The position numbers were made by a program, and so were the translations under genes. From the human T2T-CHM13v2.0 reference genome, Homo sapiens, in assembly GCF_009914755.1 (NCBI RefSeq), contig NC_060932.1: 64,000 nt of DNA, one strand, 5' to 3'. The notes under the pieces are model-generated. The model made no database searches. It was given only the letters and a program-made list of their open reading frames with translations, and was not told the origin of the DNA. The first letter of the stretch is position 1. Every line of letters starts with the position of its first letter. Shown here piece by piece: positions 32,054 to 49,531 of the stretch.

Positions 32054-32170
32054 ATTGTGACTACATATCCTGGATTCCCCAGGAAAGTCCCACTTTCGAA
32101 TTGCCTTTCAAACACAGTTTTTATTAGCAGTCTTTCTTGGTTTGGATACTAAAATAAATATAGTTATCAT
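32054..32170. mobile_element. MER94-like hAT MITE (decayed) in the CNBD1 3' UTR
   Basis: gtgactacatatcctggattccccaggaaagtccc...ggtttggatactaaaataaatatagttatcat resembles recalled MER94 ends. The ends form an imperfect inverted repeat (9/13). Confidence 0.45.
32153..32158 (+). terminator. Candidate polyadenylation signal of CNBD1
   Basis: First AATAAA after the stop codon, with T/GT-rich sequence downstream (ggttttctttcaagtgtttcggt). Confidence 0.55.
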
Positions 32171-33569
32171 TGCTTGATTTACCTCTGTTGATACGAAGGT
32201 TTTCTTTCAAGTGTTTCGGTATACATGTAAAGTAGTTGTAAAAAATTAAAAGTTATATGTAAATGTTTATATGACCATGCACAAAAGGGTGGAAACATAC
32301 TCCTCAAGTTGTCATTTTTGACTGTCAGGGTTTGGATTGAGGACCACATGTGCCTTTTGGGATTAAAAAAAATCTATAAAGCATATGTAAAAGGCAAAAA
32401 GACATTGAATAGCTGTCTTGGTTCCAAATTTATTTGAGAACTTCAAAGACCTTGTGCTTTTTTCATCTTTTAAAAATATTCCATTTTGTAATAAAGTCAT
32501 TTCCTTGATGTGATTATATTATGGAGAATATCAGTTAATTTAAAAAATAACAATAGAAATGCTACAATTTCAGAAGTTATTACACATGCTTCATATTGTA
32601 GTATAGTTTCAGTTTATCTTTTCATCAGACCCATGATCTTATACCTGGTGCCATGCCCATTTGATAGTCCTTAGTAAGGGGGAAAACCGTACGTTTATTC
32701 AATACCTACCATGTGTCTGACACAATATTAGGTGCTCTAAAAATGTCTGTTATTATTTTAGAGATAAAGAACTAAGGCTTTATGCAGTTTAATTTTTCTG
32801 TCATTCCCACATGGAGGAAATATAGAGTCAATGTTAAAACTGAAGTCTGTCTGCCTTCCAGTCATTTCCACTGTAACATACTGCTGCCCATGCATTTACA
32901 TTTCAGTTATTTTTAATTCTTACACTATTAATGTGTTTCTTTCTACTAGCATTGAAAGCTTTACACCACAGGAATTGTTTTCATTGGAGTTGCAATTCTC
33001 AAGTAAAAAATTAACCTGTGTTTAGAATTATGTCACCTTTCTCCACACTGCCAAATGCGCAAGAAACTATACATAGCACCAAGTTGTATTAACTTTGTTT
33101 TAAGGAAACACAACCTAAGGTTAGAAAAGATAAATGACTTCTCCAGCACCATGCTCCAAATCATGTAGAGTTAAAAATAGAATTTTGAACAAGTTAAATC
33201 CTTTTCAGCTTTTCAGTTTAGAATGCTATTTATAAGATGTCAGTGATTATCTGATTTTAGATCATGGCTATCTAAATTTTATTGTTTGCCAGGACTGGTA
33301 ATGATTACAAGACATTAGTATTTTTGACTTGTTGAAAATAAGATTTTAAAAAGGCTCATTCAATTAAGAATGAGTTATGTTAGTCTGCCTTCAAAATCAT
33401 TTGGCTTGTCCTTTATAGTGAACATACTGATTGAATAATATAAAATATTGAACATAAAAGGACAAGAAAAGTTTTAATTATGTGTTATTTGCATGCACCA
33501 TTATCTAATGGACCCCTGCTAAATTTGGCTATTTTATCTGTAGCCATTAGATATTTTTAAGATATATGC

Positions 33570-34455
33570 TTCATCTTTCAACAGACATTTATTGAATATT
33601 CCATATGTGACAGGCACTCTTCTAAGAACTGAGAATAAAATACTGAACATAACCAAATTCTTGTTTTCATGAAACTTACATTATATTGGGAGAAGATCAT
33701 ACTTAGAAAATATATATAATATTATATGGTACATATTATACTTCAGGCAGTGGTAAGTGCTCTGAAGAAAAAGCAGATCAGAAATTAAAGTTGATGGAGA
33801 AATGATATTTTAAATGAGGGGATCAAGGCGGATCTCAGTTTGAATGTTGATTCAGTATTTCCTCCATGTAGGAATGATAGAAAAATTAAACTGCATAAAG
33901 TCTTAGTTCTTTAACTCTGAAAGACTAACAAACACTTTCAGAGCACCTAACATTGTGTCAGACACATGGTAGGTATTAAATAAATGTATGTTTTTTTCCA
34001 CTTACTAAGGACTATCAAATGGGCATGGCTCCAGGTATAAGATCATGGATCCAATAATATGACATTATACCTCAGACCTGAAGGAAGTGAAAGGTCAATA
34101 AGATAGAACAATATAGGTAGAGTGAAAAAAGAGAGTATAATGTTATCTGAGGTGGATCATGCATGGGATGACTGATGATAAGTTAGATGTAGTTGAAATG
34201 AATGAGTGAAAGGGGACATTGTAAAAGATGGAATCAGAGTAATAGCAGGGGAAAAGTAAATGTGAGACCATAGAAACTTGGTAAGGACTTTAGATTTAAT
34301 TCTGAATGAAACAGAAAGGCATGAGATGATGAGATGATCTGACTTAAGTTTTCAAATAATCACTTGGGTTCTATATGCAAAATAGATTTGGGGGACAAGG
34401 ACTGAAGTGAGATCATTTGGGAGGGCATTAAAAAGTCCATGTAAAAGATAATGAT
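33570..34455 (-). mobile_element. L2 LINE fragment; continues at ~42170-42540 after two nested L1s
   Basis: ttcaacagacatttattgaatattcc..., gtaaggactttagatttaattctgaatg..., gagatgatctgacttaagtttt. Resumes as aagagatgatgatgtctgggactag. Confidence 0.7.
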
Positions 34456-34567
34456 GGGGGTGGAGCCAAGATGCCCAAATAGGATCAGCTCCAGTCTACA
34501 CCTCCCAGCTTGAGTAACGCAGAAGATGGGTGATTTCTGCATTTCCAACTGAGCTACCGGGTTCATC

Positions 34568-34906
34568 TCACTGGGGAGTGTTGGACGGTGGGTGCAGGAC
34601 AGTGGGTGCAGCGCACCGAGTGTGAGCCAAAACAGGGCAAGGCATCGCCTCACCCGGGAAGGGCAGAGTCAGGGAATTCCCTTTCCTAGTCAAAGAAAGG
34701 GGTGACAGATGGCACCTGGAAAATCGGGTCACTGCCACCCTAATACTGCGCTTTTCCAACAGTCTTAGCAAATGGCACACCAGGAGATTATATCCTGCAC
34801 ATGTCTCGGAGGGTCCTACGCCCACGGATCCTTGCTCATTGCTAGCACAGCAGTCTGAGATCAAACTGCAAGGCAGCAGTGAGGCTGGGGGAGGGGCGCC
34901 CACCGT
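34568..34906 (-). pseudogene. L1 ORF0 homologue (antisense 5'UTR ORF), ATG mutated to ACG
   Basis: The frame reads TVGAPPPASLLPCSLISDCCASNEQGSVGVGPSE..., matching recalled ORF0 MAGAPPPASLPPCSLISDCCASNQ. The start codon at 34906-34904 is ACG. Confidence 0.75.
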
Positions 34907-35477
34907 TGCCGAGGCTTGAGTAGGTAAACAAAGTGGCTGGGAAGCTGGAACTGGGTGGGGCCCACCGCAGCACAAGGAGGCCTACCTGCCTCTGTAGACT
35001 CCACCTCTGGGGGCAGGGCATAGCCAATCAAAAGGCAGCAGAAAACTCTGCAGACTTAAATGTCCCTGTCTGACAGCTTTGAAGAGAGTAGTGGTTCTCC
35101 CAGCATGCAGCTGGAGATCTGAGAACGGACAGACTGCCTCCTCAAGTGGGTCCCTGACCCCCGAGTAGCCTAACTGGGAGGCAACACCCAGTAGGGTCAG
35201 ACTGACAACTCACATGGCCGGGTACTCCTCTGAGACAAAATTTCCAGAGGAACTATCAGGCAGCAACAGTTGCTGTTCACCAATATCCGCTGTTCTGCAG
35301 CCTCCACTGCTGATACCCAGGCAAACATAGTCTGGAGTGGACCTCCAGCAAACTCCAACAGACCTGCAGCTGAGGGTCCTGACTGTTAGAAGGAAAACTA
35401 ACAGAAAGGACATCCACACCAAAACCCCATCTGTGCATCACCATCATCAAAGACCAAAAGTAGATAAAATCACAAAG

Positions 35478-36486
35478 TTGGGGAAAAAACAGAGCAAAAA
35501 AACTGGAAACTCTAAAAATCAGAGCACCTCTCCTCCTCCAAAGGAATGCAGCTCCTCACCAGCAACGGAACAAAGCTGGAATGAGAATGACTTTAACGAG
35601 TTGAGAGAAGAAGTTTTCAGACGATCAAACTACTCCGAGCTAAAGCAGGAAGTTCGAACCCATGGCAAAGAAGTTAAAAACCTTGAAAAAAAAATTAGAT
35701 GAATGGCTAACGAGAATAACCAATACAGAGAAGTCCTTAAAGGACCTGATGGAGCTGAAAACCGTGGCACGAGAACTATGTGACGAATACACAAGCCTCA
35801 GTAGCCAATTCGATCAACTGGAAGAATGGGTATCAGTGATTGAAGATCAAATGAATGAAATGAAGTGAGAATTAGAGAAAAAAGAATAAAAAGAAATGAA
35901 AAAAGCCTCCAAGAAATATGGGACTATGTGAAAAGAACAAATCTACATCTGATTGCTGTACCTGAAAGTGATGGGGAGAATGGAACCAAGTTGGAAAACA
36001 CTCTGCAGGATATTAACCAGGAGAACTTCCCCAATGTAGCAAGGCAGGCCAACATTCAAATTCAGGAAATACAGAGAACGCCACAAAGATACTCCTCAAG
36101 AAGAGCAACTCCAAGACACATAATTGTCAGATTCAACAAAGTTGAAATGAAGGAAAAAATATTCAGGGCAGCTAGAGAGAAAGGTGGGGTTACCCACAAA
36201 GGGAAGCCCATGAGACTAACAGCTGATCTCTCAGCAGAAACTCTGCAAGCCAGAAGAGAGTGGGGGCCAAAATTCAACATTCTTAAGAAAAGAATTTTCA
36301 ACCCAGTATTTTATATCCAGCCAAACTAAGCTCCGTAAGTGAGGGAGAAATAAAATACTTTACAGACAAGGAAATGCTGAGAGATTCTGTCACCACCAGG
36401 CCTGCCCTAAAAGAGCTCCTGAAGGAAGCACTAACATGGAAAGGAACAACCGGTACCAGCCACTGCGAAAACATGCCAAATTGTAA
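35478..36486 (+). pseudogene. L1 ORF1p, disrupted
   Basis: Start ATG>TTG (ttggggaaaaaacag), frameshift in the A-run near 35690, premature TGA at 35866-35868 and further frameshifts. Confidence 0.92.
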
Positions 36487-36549
36487 AGACTATCGAGGTT
36501 AGGAAGAAACTGCATCAACTAATGAGCAAAATAACCAGCTAACATCGTA

Positions 36550-40358
<3,809 letters not shown>

Positions 40359-40600
40359 ACAAAGAGAACCCATGGACACAGGAAGGGGAACATCACACAC
40401 CGGGGCCTGTTGTGGGGTGGGGGAAGGGGGGAGGGATAGCATTAGGATATATACCTAATGTTAAATGAAGAGATAATTGGTGCAGCACAACAACATGGCA
40501 TATGTATACATATGTGACAAACCTGCACGTTGTGCACATGTACCCTAAAACTTAAAGTATAATAAAAAAAAGAAATTTCAAATAAAAAAAAGATAACGAT

Positions 40601-42160
40601 TGCAGATACCTCAAATTGATGCACAAATTCAATGCAGTCCCTATCAAAACCCCAGCTTGATTATTTTCAGAAAGCCACAAGCTAATCCTAAAATTCGTAT
40701 GGAAACACAAGAGTTTCAGAGTTGCCAGAACAATCCTGAAAGAGAACAAAGCGGACAGACATACACCTCCCAATTTCAAAACTGACTACAAAGTGTATGT
40801 GTATTGGCAAAAGAGTAGACATGTGTAACAATGGAATATAATTGAATGTCCATAAATAAAACCTTATTTTTATGCCTAGTTGATTTTTTGACAGGTTGCT
40901 GAGATAATTCAATAGGGGAAGAATAATCTTTTCAACAAATCATGCTGGGATAATGGGATAATAGAAGACTGAAGTTGGATCCACACTTTGCACAAAAATT
41001 GACTCTAAATGGGTCGTAGAGATCATAGACTTAATTGTAAGAACTAAAACTGTACAACTCTTAGAAGAAAATTTAGAAGTAAATCTTTGTGACCTTGGGT
41101 AAAGCGAACCCTTTTCAGACACAAAAGCCCAACCAAAAAATGAAACAAAATAAAGTAATTTGGCCTTCATAAAAATCAAAAACTTTTGTGCTGCAAATGA
41201 CACTATCAAGAAAGTGATGTGAATCCACAGAATGTGAGAAAATTGCAGATAATTTCTATGACAAAGACTTTATACCCAGCATGTAAAAAGAACCACAACT
41301 GTGTAATTAAAAATTAATGAAGGGCAGGAATGGGCCTTTCTCTAAAGAAGAATGGCTGATAAGCACAGAAAAAGGTACTCACTTTCACTAGTTATTAGGA
41401 AGATGAAAATCAGAACAGCAGTGAGATAAGATTTCATACCTACTATTTTGAAAAATTATAAAATATAGACAATAACAAGTGTTGTCAAAGATGTGAAAAA
41501 ATTCGTGCTCTCATACATAGCTTGTGGAAATGTGAAGGGGTACAGTCACTTTGAAAACAACATGGCAGTTTCTCCACAAGTTCAACATATATTTACTATA
41601 TTACTGAGCATTTCTACTTCTAGGTCTATATCCAAGAGAAGTGAAAACATATGTACATGCAAAATCTTGTACATGAATTAAAGTTTGTAACAGCATTATT
41701 CATAATAGCCAAAAATCAGAAACAACTAAAAAGTTCATTAACCGATGAAGGGATAAATTAAAATGTCATAAGCATATTCTGGAATATTCAGCAATAAGAA
41801 GGAATGAAGTCCTGATACATGAAATAATCTAGATGAACCTTGAAAACTTTTTGCTAAGTGAAAGAAGTTAGAAACAAAAAATTACATATTGTATGATTTC
41901 ATTTATATGAAATGCACAGAATAGGCAAATCTGTATCAGAAAGTCGATTAGCTGTTGCTAGGCATGAGGAAGAGGGTGGAGAGGAATGAAGAGTGGCTAC
42001 TAAATCATATGTGTTTCTTTTGGGGGTGACAAAAACATTCCAAATTAGATTCCAGTGATGGTTGCCCAACTCTGTGAATATAATGAAAAACAATAAATTG
42101 TTCACTTCCAAATGGGTAAACTGTGTTGTACGTGACTTATATCCCAATAAAGCAGTTAAT
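40601..42160 (+). mobile_element. L1MB-like 5'-truncated element
   Basis: Decayed ORF2 3' half (aaattcaatgcagtccctatcaaaacccc...) and L1MB-type end gtgacttatatcccaataaagcagtt. Probable decayed TSD at 40588-40600 and 42170-42182. Confidence 0.8.
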
Positions 42161-44881
42161 ATTTTTTCTAAGAGATGATGATGTCTGGGACTAGCTTGGG
42201 AATATTGAAGGCGATGGGAAGTCTTATTCTAGATGCATCAGGGTAAACAATGACATGGCTAGCATTTAACTAGTTTTTATTTATAAAAAGAGAATTTCAA
42301 GTGGTTCTACGTAACATTTTGAAGATTTATTTAGAGGTTTTTGATGTTAGGACTGTGTGATGACTCCTAAGGCTTAGGACAGAGGAATTATAAATATGAG
42401 GATGTCATTTACTGGAATCTAAAAGATTGAAAGTAGAGTAATTTTGTGACTGGAATCAAGAGATTATTTTTAGGCATGTTAGTTCTGCAGAGACTAGAAT
42501 ATTACCAAGTGGATGTTCCAGTGAGCAGGGAGGCAGTAGTCCCCTATTTAGGAGAAAGCGAGAGAAATAATTTACTCTGACTGGACTCAAGCATAGGTCA
42601 TACTGTGACTAGGTAATGTTTCTTGCTCTTTTGATAATATTCTCCCTCCAGAAACAGTCCATCTGTGCTGCCAATTAGATAAGATGTGACCAAGTCATCT
42701 TAATTCCTTACTAAAGAAATAAAGATCAGGATTTGAAAGTACACATATGCACTAAATTATTATTAGTCATTGCATTTTATTCAACATGAGTTCACTTTTT
42801 TTACAAAGCATCTACTCCGTAATCAGGAGTAGGCTTTGGGAATTGCAAAAGAACTATAAACCATGGTTTCTTCCCCCAAAGACATTATGGTTTGGACACA
42901 ATAATAGTCTGGCTTGTGAAAATAAAAAGTCAGTGACAACCAAATGATAGAAATATAAAAGTACAAAGAGATGAATGTAGTATGTGCAATAGACTAGTGA
43001 AAGTTAAATGCCAAGATGAGTGGTTAAAATCTTAAGAACTATGCCTGAGAAGAGGGAGAGAAAACCACCCTGAACAGGCACAGTCAGAGAATGTTTATGA
43101 AATGAGACTTCTTCTAGGCTTCAAAACAGAGCAGATTTGGATACATTAATGGAAGAGAGACAGGTAATCAAAACTGGAGAGAACAAATGTGAGTGTTAGT
43201 GAAAAGATCGAATTACACATTGGCTATTTAGAAAATAGTGAATAAAAAAACACTATCCAAAGGCCAGTATCCCAAGAGCACAATATGTAATGCACTTACT
43301 TGAGTAAATGACCAGTCTGAATGGAGAAGAGAGTCCAATCAACTTCTAGTTTAAAAATAAAATAATAGTAACAATAATTTAAAAGGTACATGCTTATTTC
43401 TATGGACATGATCACAGGCTATATTTTGCCATTTGTTGATAGGGCGTAACAATCACCCACATAGAATATTTTATGAGCATGTTACACTATGGACTATTTA
43501 AAATCAGAATTGCCTTAAAGCATTACAACCTGCTTAGTGAAATAAAATAAGAAGACTCCTAACAATGCAAAGCGTTGCTAAATATCAAGTAATTGGCTTC
43601 AGTTCTTATCATAATGCATGCACAGGTGAGGGGACTGGGGAATAAAAAGAAGCAGAATAGTTCAACTTCACATATATTCAGGTCTATCTGCAATTTAAAT
43701 TCAGAAATTTGAATCCCAGACACGAACCAACTTATCCTGACACTTTTCTATTTTTATCTTGTTTGTCACCATTTGCATTCTCCCCTTATTCTTTCTGTCT
43801 GTCTTCCTCAAATACACCACACACAACCCTGCCCCCACATAAAAGAATAAGTGGTGAGAAAGGTTAGCACAATTATTCCTGTTGTTTTATCTGCTTTTAA
43901 CTGTATAGTCAATGCCATGGTGATAAACATCTACCCTTCTTCATAGATGCGTGTTTTGTTTTCAGAATAGTTAAGATTGTAAAATACCTGTTTTATTTTT
44001 CTAGTTAGAGAGCACCTATCCATGCATAAAAAGAAAACATAAACTCTTCTTTATTTTTTAACAAATTGTTTTAAGTTTAAGATAATTAAACTCATCTGTT
44101 TGGTTAAGTTTTATAAATGTTTAAATTTTATGGCTCTTTTTCTGCTGGTTTTTAAAAGAAAATGGGTATTTTACACTATTTTTTACTCTGGACAAAGAAA
44201 AGTCTCTGTTACTACCAAAATAAAGCAAAGCAAGATGAGACATTATTACCATTAAGTAAATTCACTAACCCACCAAATTAAGTAATTGAATTAAAGTAAA
44301 ACGATAGTGTTTTAACGTTGTATCCCCACTTTGCCTGCTAAGCATAGATTGACAGCTCAAAAGCACTTCGCTTAATGTTTTTTTTACTCAAAATACAATA
44401 ACATAAAGTTAAATGTATGCTTTGAACTAGGCAAATATGACTATAGAGTCCTTTTAACATGATAATAAGTAATATTAGGTGAGCATCATTCTACTCTCTA
44501 CTTTCATTAGTACCACTTTTGCGTTATGTATTTTAAAGTTGCAAAAACAAGTAATCATAGATGAATTGAAATGTTATGAGGATACATAGCTTCCTGTATG
44601 CTTGTGATATTGGCATAGTATATATTTTTTGCCAGTAGTGAAAATAATGTTCTTGCTGCTACTCTGGATTTTAGAACACAAGTTATGGAGAAGAGGGAAG
44701 GGAACAATATTTGAGGAATATAGCATATGTTATATAATATATTGAAGTGTTCATTTAAGAAACATGTATTCATTTTCTAATATGTGCCAAGTAATGTGAA
44801 AATGCTACAATAAAGGTTTTAAAAAGTAGTTCTGAGTATAATAGAAGTATAAAAATATTAAAAGTATTGTTATCTTTAAAA

Positions 44882-45435
44882 CAGTGGTACTAAACCTTTG
44901 TGTTAACTCTTCTGAGAATATTATGAAGGCTAATGATCATTCTCTCTAAAAGCAGTAGAGGGGGTGGTATCACAGGCATAAGAACACAGTATTTCCCATG
45001 CATTTTAGAAGTTCATAGAGGTTAATGCAACACAGATGATATGGTATGGCTGTATCCCCACCCAAATCTCATCTTGAATTGCAGTTCCCCTAATCCCCAC
45101 GTATCATGGGAGGGACCTGGTGAGAGATAATTGAATCATGGGGGTGGTTACCTGGATTCATACTGTCAGCGTTATAGTGAGTGAGTTCTCACAGGATCTG
45201 ATCATTTTATAAGGGGCTTTTCTCCTCCTTCGCTCAGTACCTCTCCTTACTGCCGCCATGTGAAGAATGACATGTTTACTTCCCCTTCTGCCATAATTGT
45301 AAGTTTCCTGAGGCCTCCCAGCCCTGAAGAACTGTGAGTCAATTAAACCTCATTCTTTTATAAATTACTCAGGCTCGGGTATGTCTTTATGAGCAGAGTG
45401 AGAAATGACTAATACAACAGATAAAGATACCACTG
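44882..45435. mobile_element. hAT-Charlie-type MITE interrupted by a THE1 LTR
   Basis: Inverted ends cagtggta... / ...taccactg enclose MER-like sequence. Confidence 0.45.
45037..45416 (+). mobile_element. THE1D-like MaLR solo LTR
   Basis: tgatatggtatggctgtatccccacccaaatctcatc...gactaataca. TSD ACAGA at 45032-45036 and 45417-45421. Confidence 0.9.
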
Positions 45436-47042
45436 TCTAATGAATGACTATGTATAGAAGAGGAAATATTTGAGGAAGTTTGAATATAGCCCTTTAATGT
45501 GTTTTCCTCAATCTCATTCCTTCCTTAGGACCATTGTGACTTATGAGATACTACAGTCTTCTTCAGTTCTTTGCAGGTGTTTGTCTATAGTTTCATACAA
45601 CAATCTATGCAGTTATAGCAATTAACTTTTTCCCAAACACCTTATCATTTGTTATTTAGGAATACAGAATTTCCCTTAAATTATTCTGACTTGAAATGTT
45701 ACCTCCTGTCACTGAAATCTACATGCCTAACTTATAATCAGCTGCTTTTGCTGGTGGTGCCTTAAACATGTGTTATTTATAATACTATGTATGCCTGTGT
45801 TTCTTACTTCATTGGTAAGTCTTCCGTGGCACAGATATTTACCAGGAATGAGAAGAATTGACTTTTATATTTGTATTTAAATATCATTTTAATTTACATT
45901 TTCTTATGACTGTTGAATATTTCTTATATATTTATTTGATATTTTCATTTCCAGTTCTACTATAACCTATTATAGCTCTTATCTGTTTTCATTGATTTGT
46001 CCCTTTTTAATCAATTCATATTAATTTTATCATATCAGTAGTATTAAAAGTTTTCCTTTTACATATATTGGAAATAATTTCTTCAGTCCATCTATTGTCT
46101 CTTTTGTAATATTTTCAAATACCACCCCCTCGCTTAAAGTATTTAGAGCTATCATTCCCCTTCCCTCTTTGTGACTTCTTGGTTTTCTTTCTAATGTGTT
46201 ATAGTTTGTTTTCTTTTTTTTTTTTTCAAGTAGTTCTTTAAATCATCTGGAACTTCTTTTCATGTAATTCATGGATTAATCCCTCCTTCAATGAATCACG
46301 TATAACTAATTTCCCAAACATGTATTTTAAAATCTATTATTTAACCTTTGGTTTTAGAGGCAAGCTTTTAAAATATAATTTTTGATCTATCTCTAGACTC
46401 TTGATTATTTGACTGTTGCTCATTTTACAGTACCAGCTTTGTATTTGTTAGAGCCACTCTTGCCTTATTTTTTTATTTTGCATATATTTTGGGTTATTCT
46501 TATGCCCTATTTCTTTCAGAGCTGCAAAGTTTATTTACACTGGAATTAGGCAAGTGATAATAATATTTATACTATTAGGAGAAAGGAACAGCCTCCCATG
46601 ACTAGAAATGTTTGTATCACTTGTTCAGAATACCTACTTTCCTAGTTAGTGTGCTTCATCCATCATCTTGACCCAGTCCTGTAATAAGGCAATATTGATA
46701 AACCAAATTATCATTTGTTTTGTAAGAGTGAAATCAGTGCAAGACATGATATTCGGGCACATTTTGCCTAAGTGCTGGGAAATGTTGATGAAATATAACT
46801 TTGCCACAAAACTAAATTTACCTCTACTAATGGCAGATAGTTCATGACAAGAGACAGACATTATATCTTTCTTGAAGAGTGCTAGAAATGTAGTGAAATA
46901 TATATATTTTTAATTCACAGTATTCAGAATTCATGTAGATTATCTTCCTTTTAGTGCAACATAAAATAACCACATATATGCAATTGTGGTCATGGCTTTA
47001 ATTTTGCTGTTATCACAAACTGATGATTAAGTTATTATCATC

Positions 47043-47402
47043 TGGTATAGTCTAGCTCTTTGTTCCCACTCAAATCTCATTTTGTAGCTCCCATAATTCC
47101 CTTGTGTTGTGGGAGGGACATGGTGGTTGATGACTGAATCATGGGGGCAGGTCTTTCCCATGTTGTTCTCATGATAGTGAATGGGTCTCACAGATGTGAT
47201 GGTTTCAAAAATGAGAGTTTCTCTGCACAAGCTCTCTCTTTGCCTGCTGCCATTCACGTAAGATGTGACTTGCTCCTCCTTCCCTTCTGCCATGATTATG
47301 AGGCCTCCCCAGCCATGTGGAACTGTAAGTCCAATAAACCTCTTTCATTTGTAAATTGCTCAGTCTCGGGTATATCTTTATCAGTGAAAATGGACTAATA
47401 CG
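47043..47402 (+). mobile_element. THE1B-like MaLR solo LTR
   Basis: THE1 body with aataaacctctttc. TSD TCATC at 47038-47042 and 47403-47407. Confidence 0.9.
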
Positions 47403-49531
47403 TCATCAATTTTCTCTAAGTTTTTAGATATCAGCATCTTTATAATATGGCCTGGATTATACCTGTGTTGTCAGCAAACACCTTTTTGCAAGGGTTCTCA
47501 TGTTATATTAATAGATTTGAAATATTTTCTTATTTTCTTATAAATCTATTTTCTGGAGATATCTAAGCATTCATGTATAGATTTTGGTAAGTTTAAAAAT
47601 TAGACATTTTCCATTTCTAGTACCATCCAATTTTATTCCTATTTGTTGCCAAATACAGGGCCCTCTTTTTCAGAGAAAATGGACTTCCAGAGAAAATAGA
47701 AATTCTGTAGTTCTACATGAGCCTATTTGTGGACCAGTTTGTTGATATGTACCAAAAAATGTAATAAACATTTGCTGTGTGTGTGCCTGTTTGAGTGGCA
47801 TATGTTTAACCTGCATAAAAATATACATTCTGGTGATCCCTCTCAATTTTTCCAAATGCTTTTCAGCATATTTTCACTCTCAGTTGCTTACATTTCCATA
47901 AAACCGTGGATTGCTTTACATAATCCTTCTTTTTAAAAAACCTGATTCATCCTCCTTTTATTATATTCCACACATGCCTTTCATCACTGCAAGTCTCAGG
48001 GAGGCCTATATGGTTGGATATAATTCCTCTGTCTTAGAAGTTTAAATTCACCATGCCTCCCATGCTCAGTACATTAGGAAGTAAACATATTTTGCCTTAA
48101 GGCTTCTACATGCCATTTTTAAAGTTTCTCCTAGGACTTATTGGGCTTTAACTCTATTGTTAATATTGTTTTCAGAATATTTACTGACCAAGACAGGCAG
48201 TAAATCTAAAACCACTATCAGACCCACCTATTCTCCTGTGAAGAAAATTATCCCCTTAGTGGGATATTTTTTCTACTTGTCAGAGAGATTGTTATTCTTC
48301 ACTGCTTAATTCTTTATTTGAATCAAGGAGATCCCCTCCCTACCCCACGCAACTCCTAGAGATTAAAGATGCAAAAAGAAAACTACTTATTTCATTTATT
48401 GATTTCATTATAATGGAACAGTATATTTCTGTTTTATTTTCATGTCTTAATTTCAGTTACTCTACCAGTTTAACCTGAGATGATTCAATAGCTGATGGTT
48501 ATTTTTGTTACTATTGATTTGTTTCTTTTATGTTTAAATATGAGACATGGTACTCAATAAGTAAGAATTTTAAAACAGCTGCCAAATATGTGCTTGTCGT
48601 GAGGATACCCAGCCATGGCAGGGTTAGCCTTGGACACTGTGCATGTGCACAATAGGAATGATTTAGGGTCACTAGGACCTTTCCTGAGTCTTTTCTCTGT
48701 TCTCCCCAACACCACCCACCTCTTCATTTGTGAACATTATGAAGGAAATCACTTAATTGGAGGTAAACTTGTCTGAAATAAATCAATACAATTTTAAGAG
48801 CTTTGCCTCTGGAATGAGACTACTAGATTTCAAATCTGTGCCAGCACTTACAGTCTGAGTTATCCTGGATAATTTATGAACCTAATATAAAGCCCCTAAT
48901 GCCAAAAGTTCAATCAAATGAGAGCAGGAGTGTTATTCAAAATATTTAACCCTTGGTAAAGCCTAAGCTCTGATCCATTCTAAGGAGTGCTTTTCAGAAC
49001 AGGATCCTAAGGCATCCCTGACCAGTGAACCATCGTGTATTTAGCAGTGGGGCATTATGGGATCTGGAGCAGCTTAGGTGCTGGTAGGATAGTTATGGTG
49101 CTTGGACAGTGATTATTTAACTCAACTGGTGAAAAAGTATTTCAATGTTTTAACTGGTACAGCTGAACTAGAGTAACCCAGAACCATCACTGAAATTAAT
49201 TATTTACATCAGATCTTTCCCAGGCACATTTTTTTTTCCTAAGGAGAAGGAAGAGCAATGACATCAGAAAATGATAAAAGGCAGGACATAACCAAGACCA
49301 CTGGAAAGGGAAACAAGAATTGGAACCCCCCAAATACATGTTGTCTAATTCACAGATAATCAGTGGTCACGGCACCAGCAATATCACATTCCATAGGTTC
49401 TTCCAGGGGCAAGATCCTTCTTGAGCCTCACCTTTTGTTCCTGTCTGAGCGACTCCCGAGGATTCTCATAGATTTTGTGAACTACCAATTATCCATCTGC
49501 TAAAATCCTTTTCTACCTAAGTTAACTAGAT

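Noticed and set aside
40410-40440. G-rich tract able to form a G-quadruplex
   Set aside because: Standard feature of every L1PA 3'UTR.
46520-46549. Possible 30-nt micro-exon (ttctttcAG ... GCAAGT) reading ELQSLFTLEL in phase 1
   Set aside because: It needs a non-canonical GC donor, lies at the edge of decayed repeat-like sequence and has no independent evidence.
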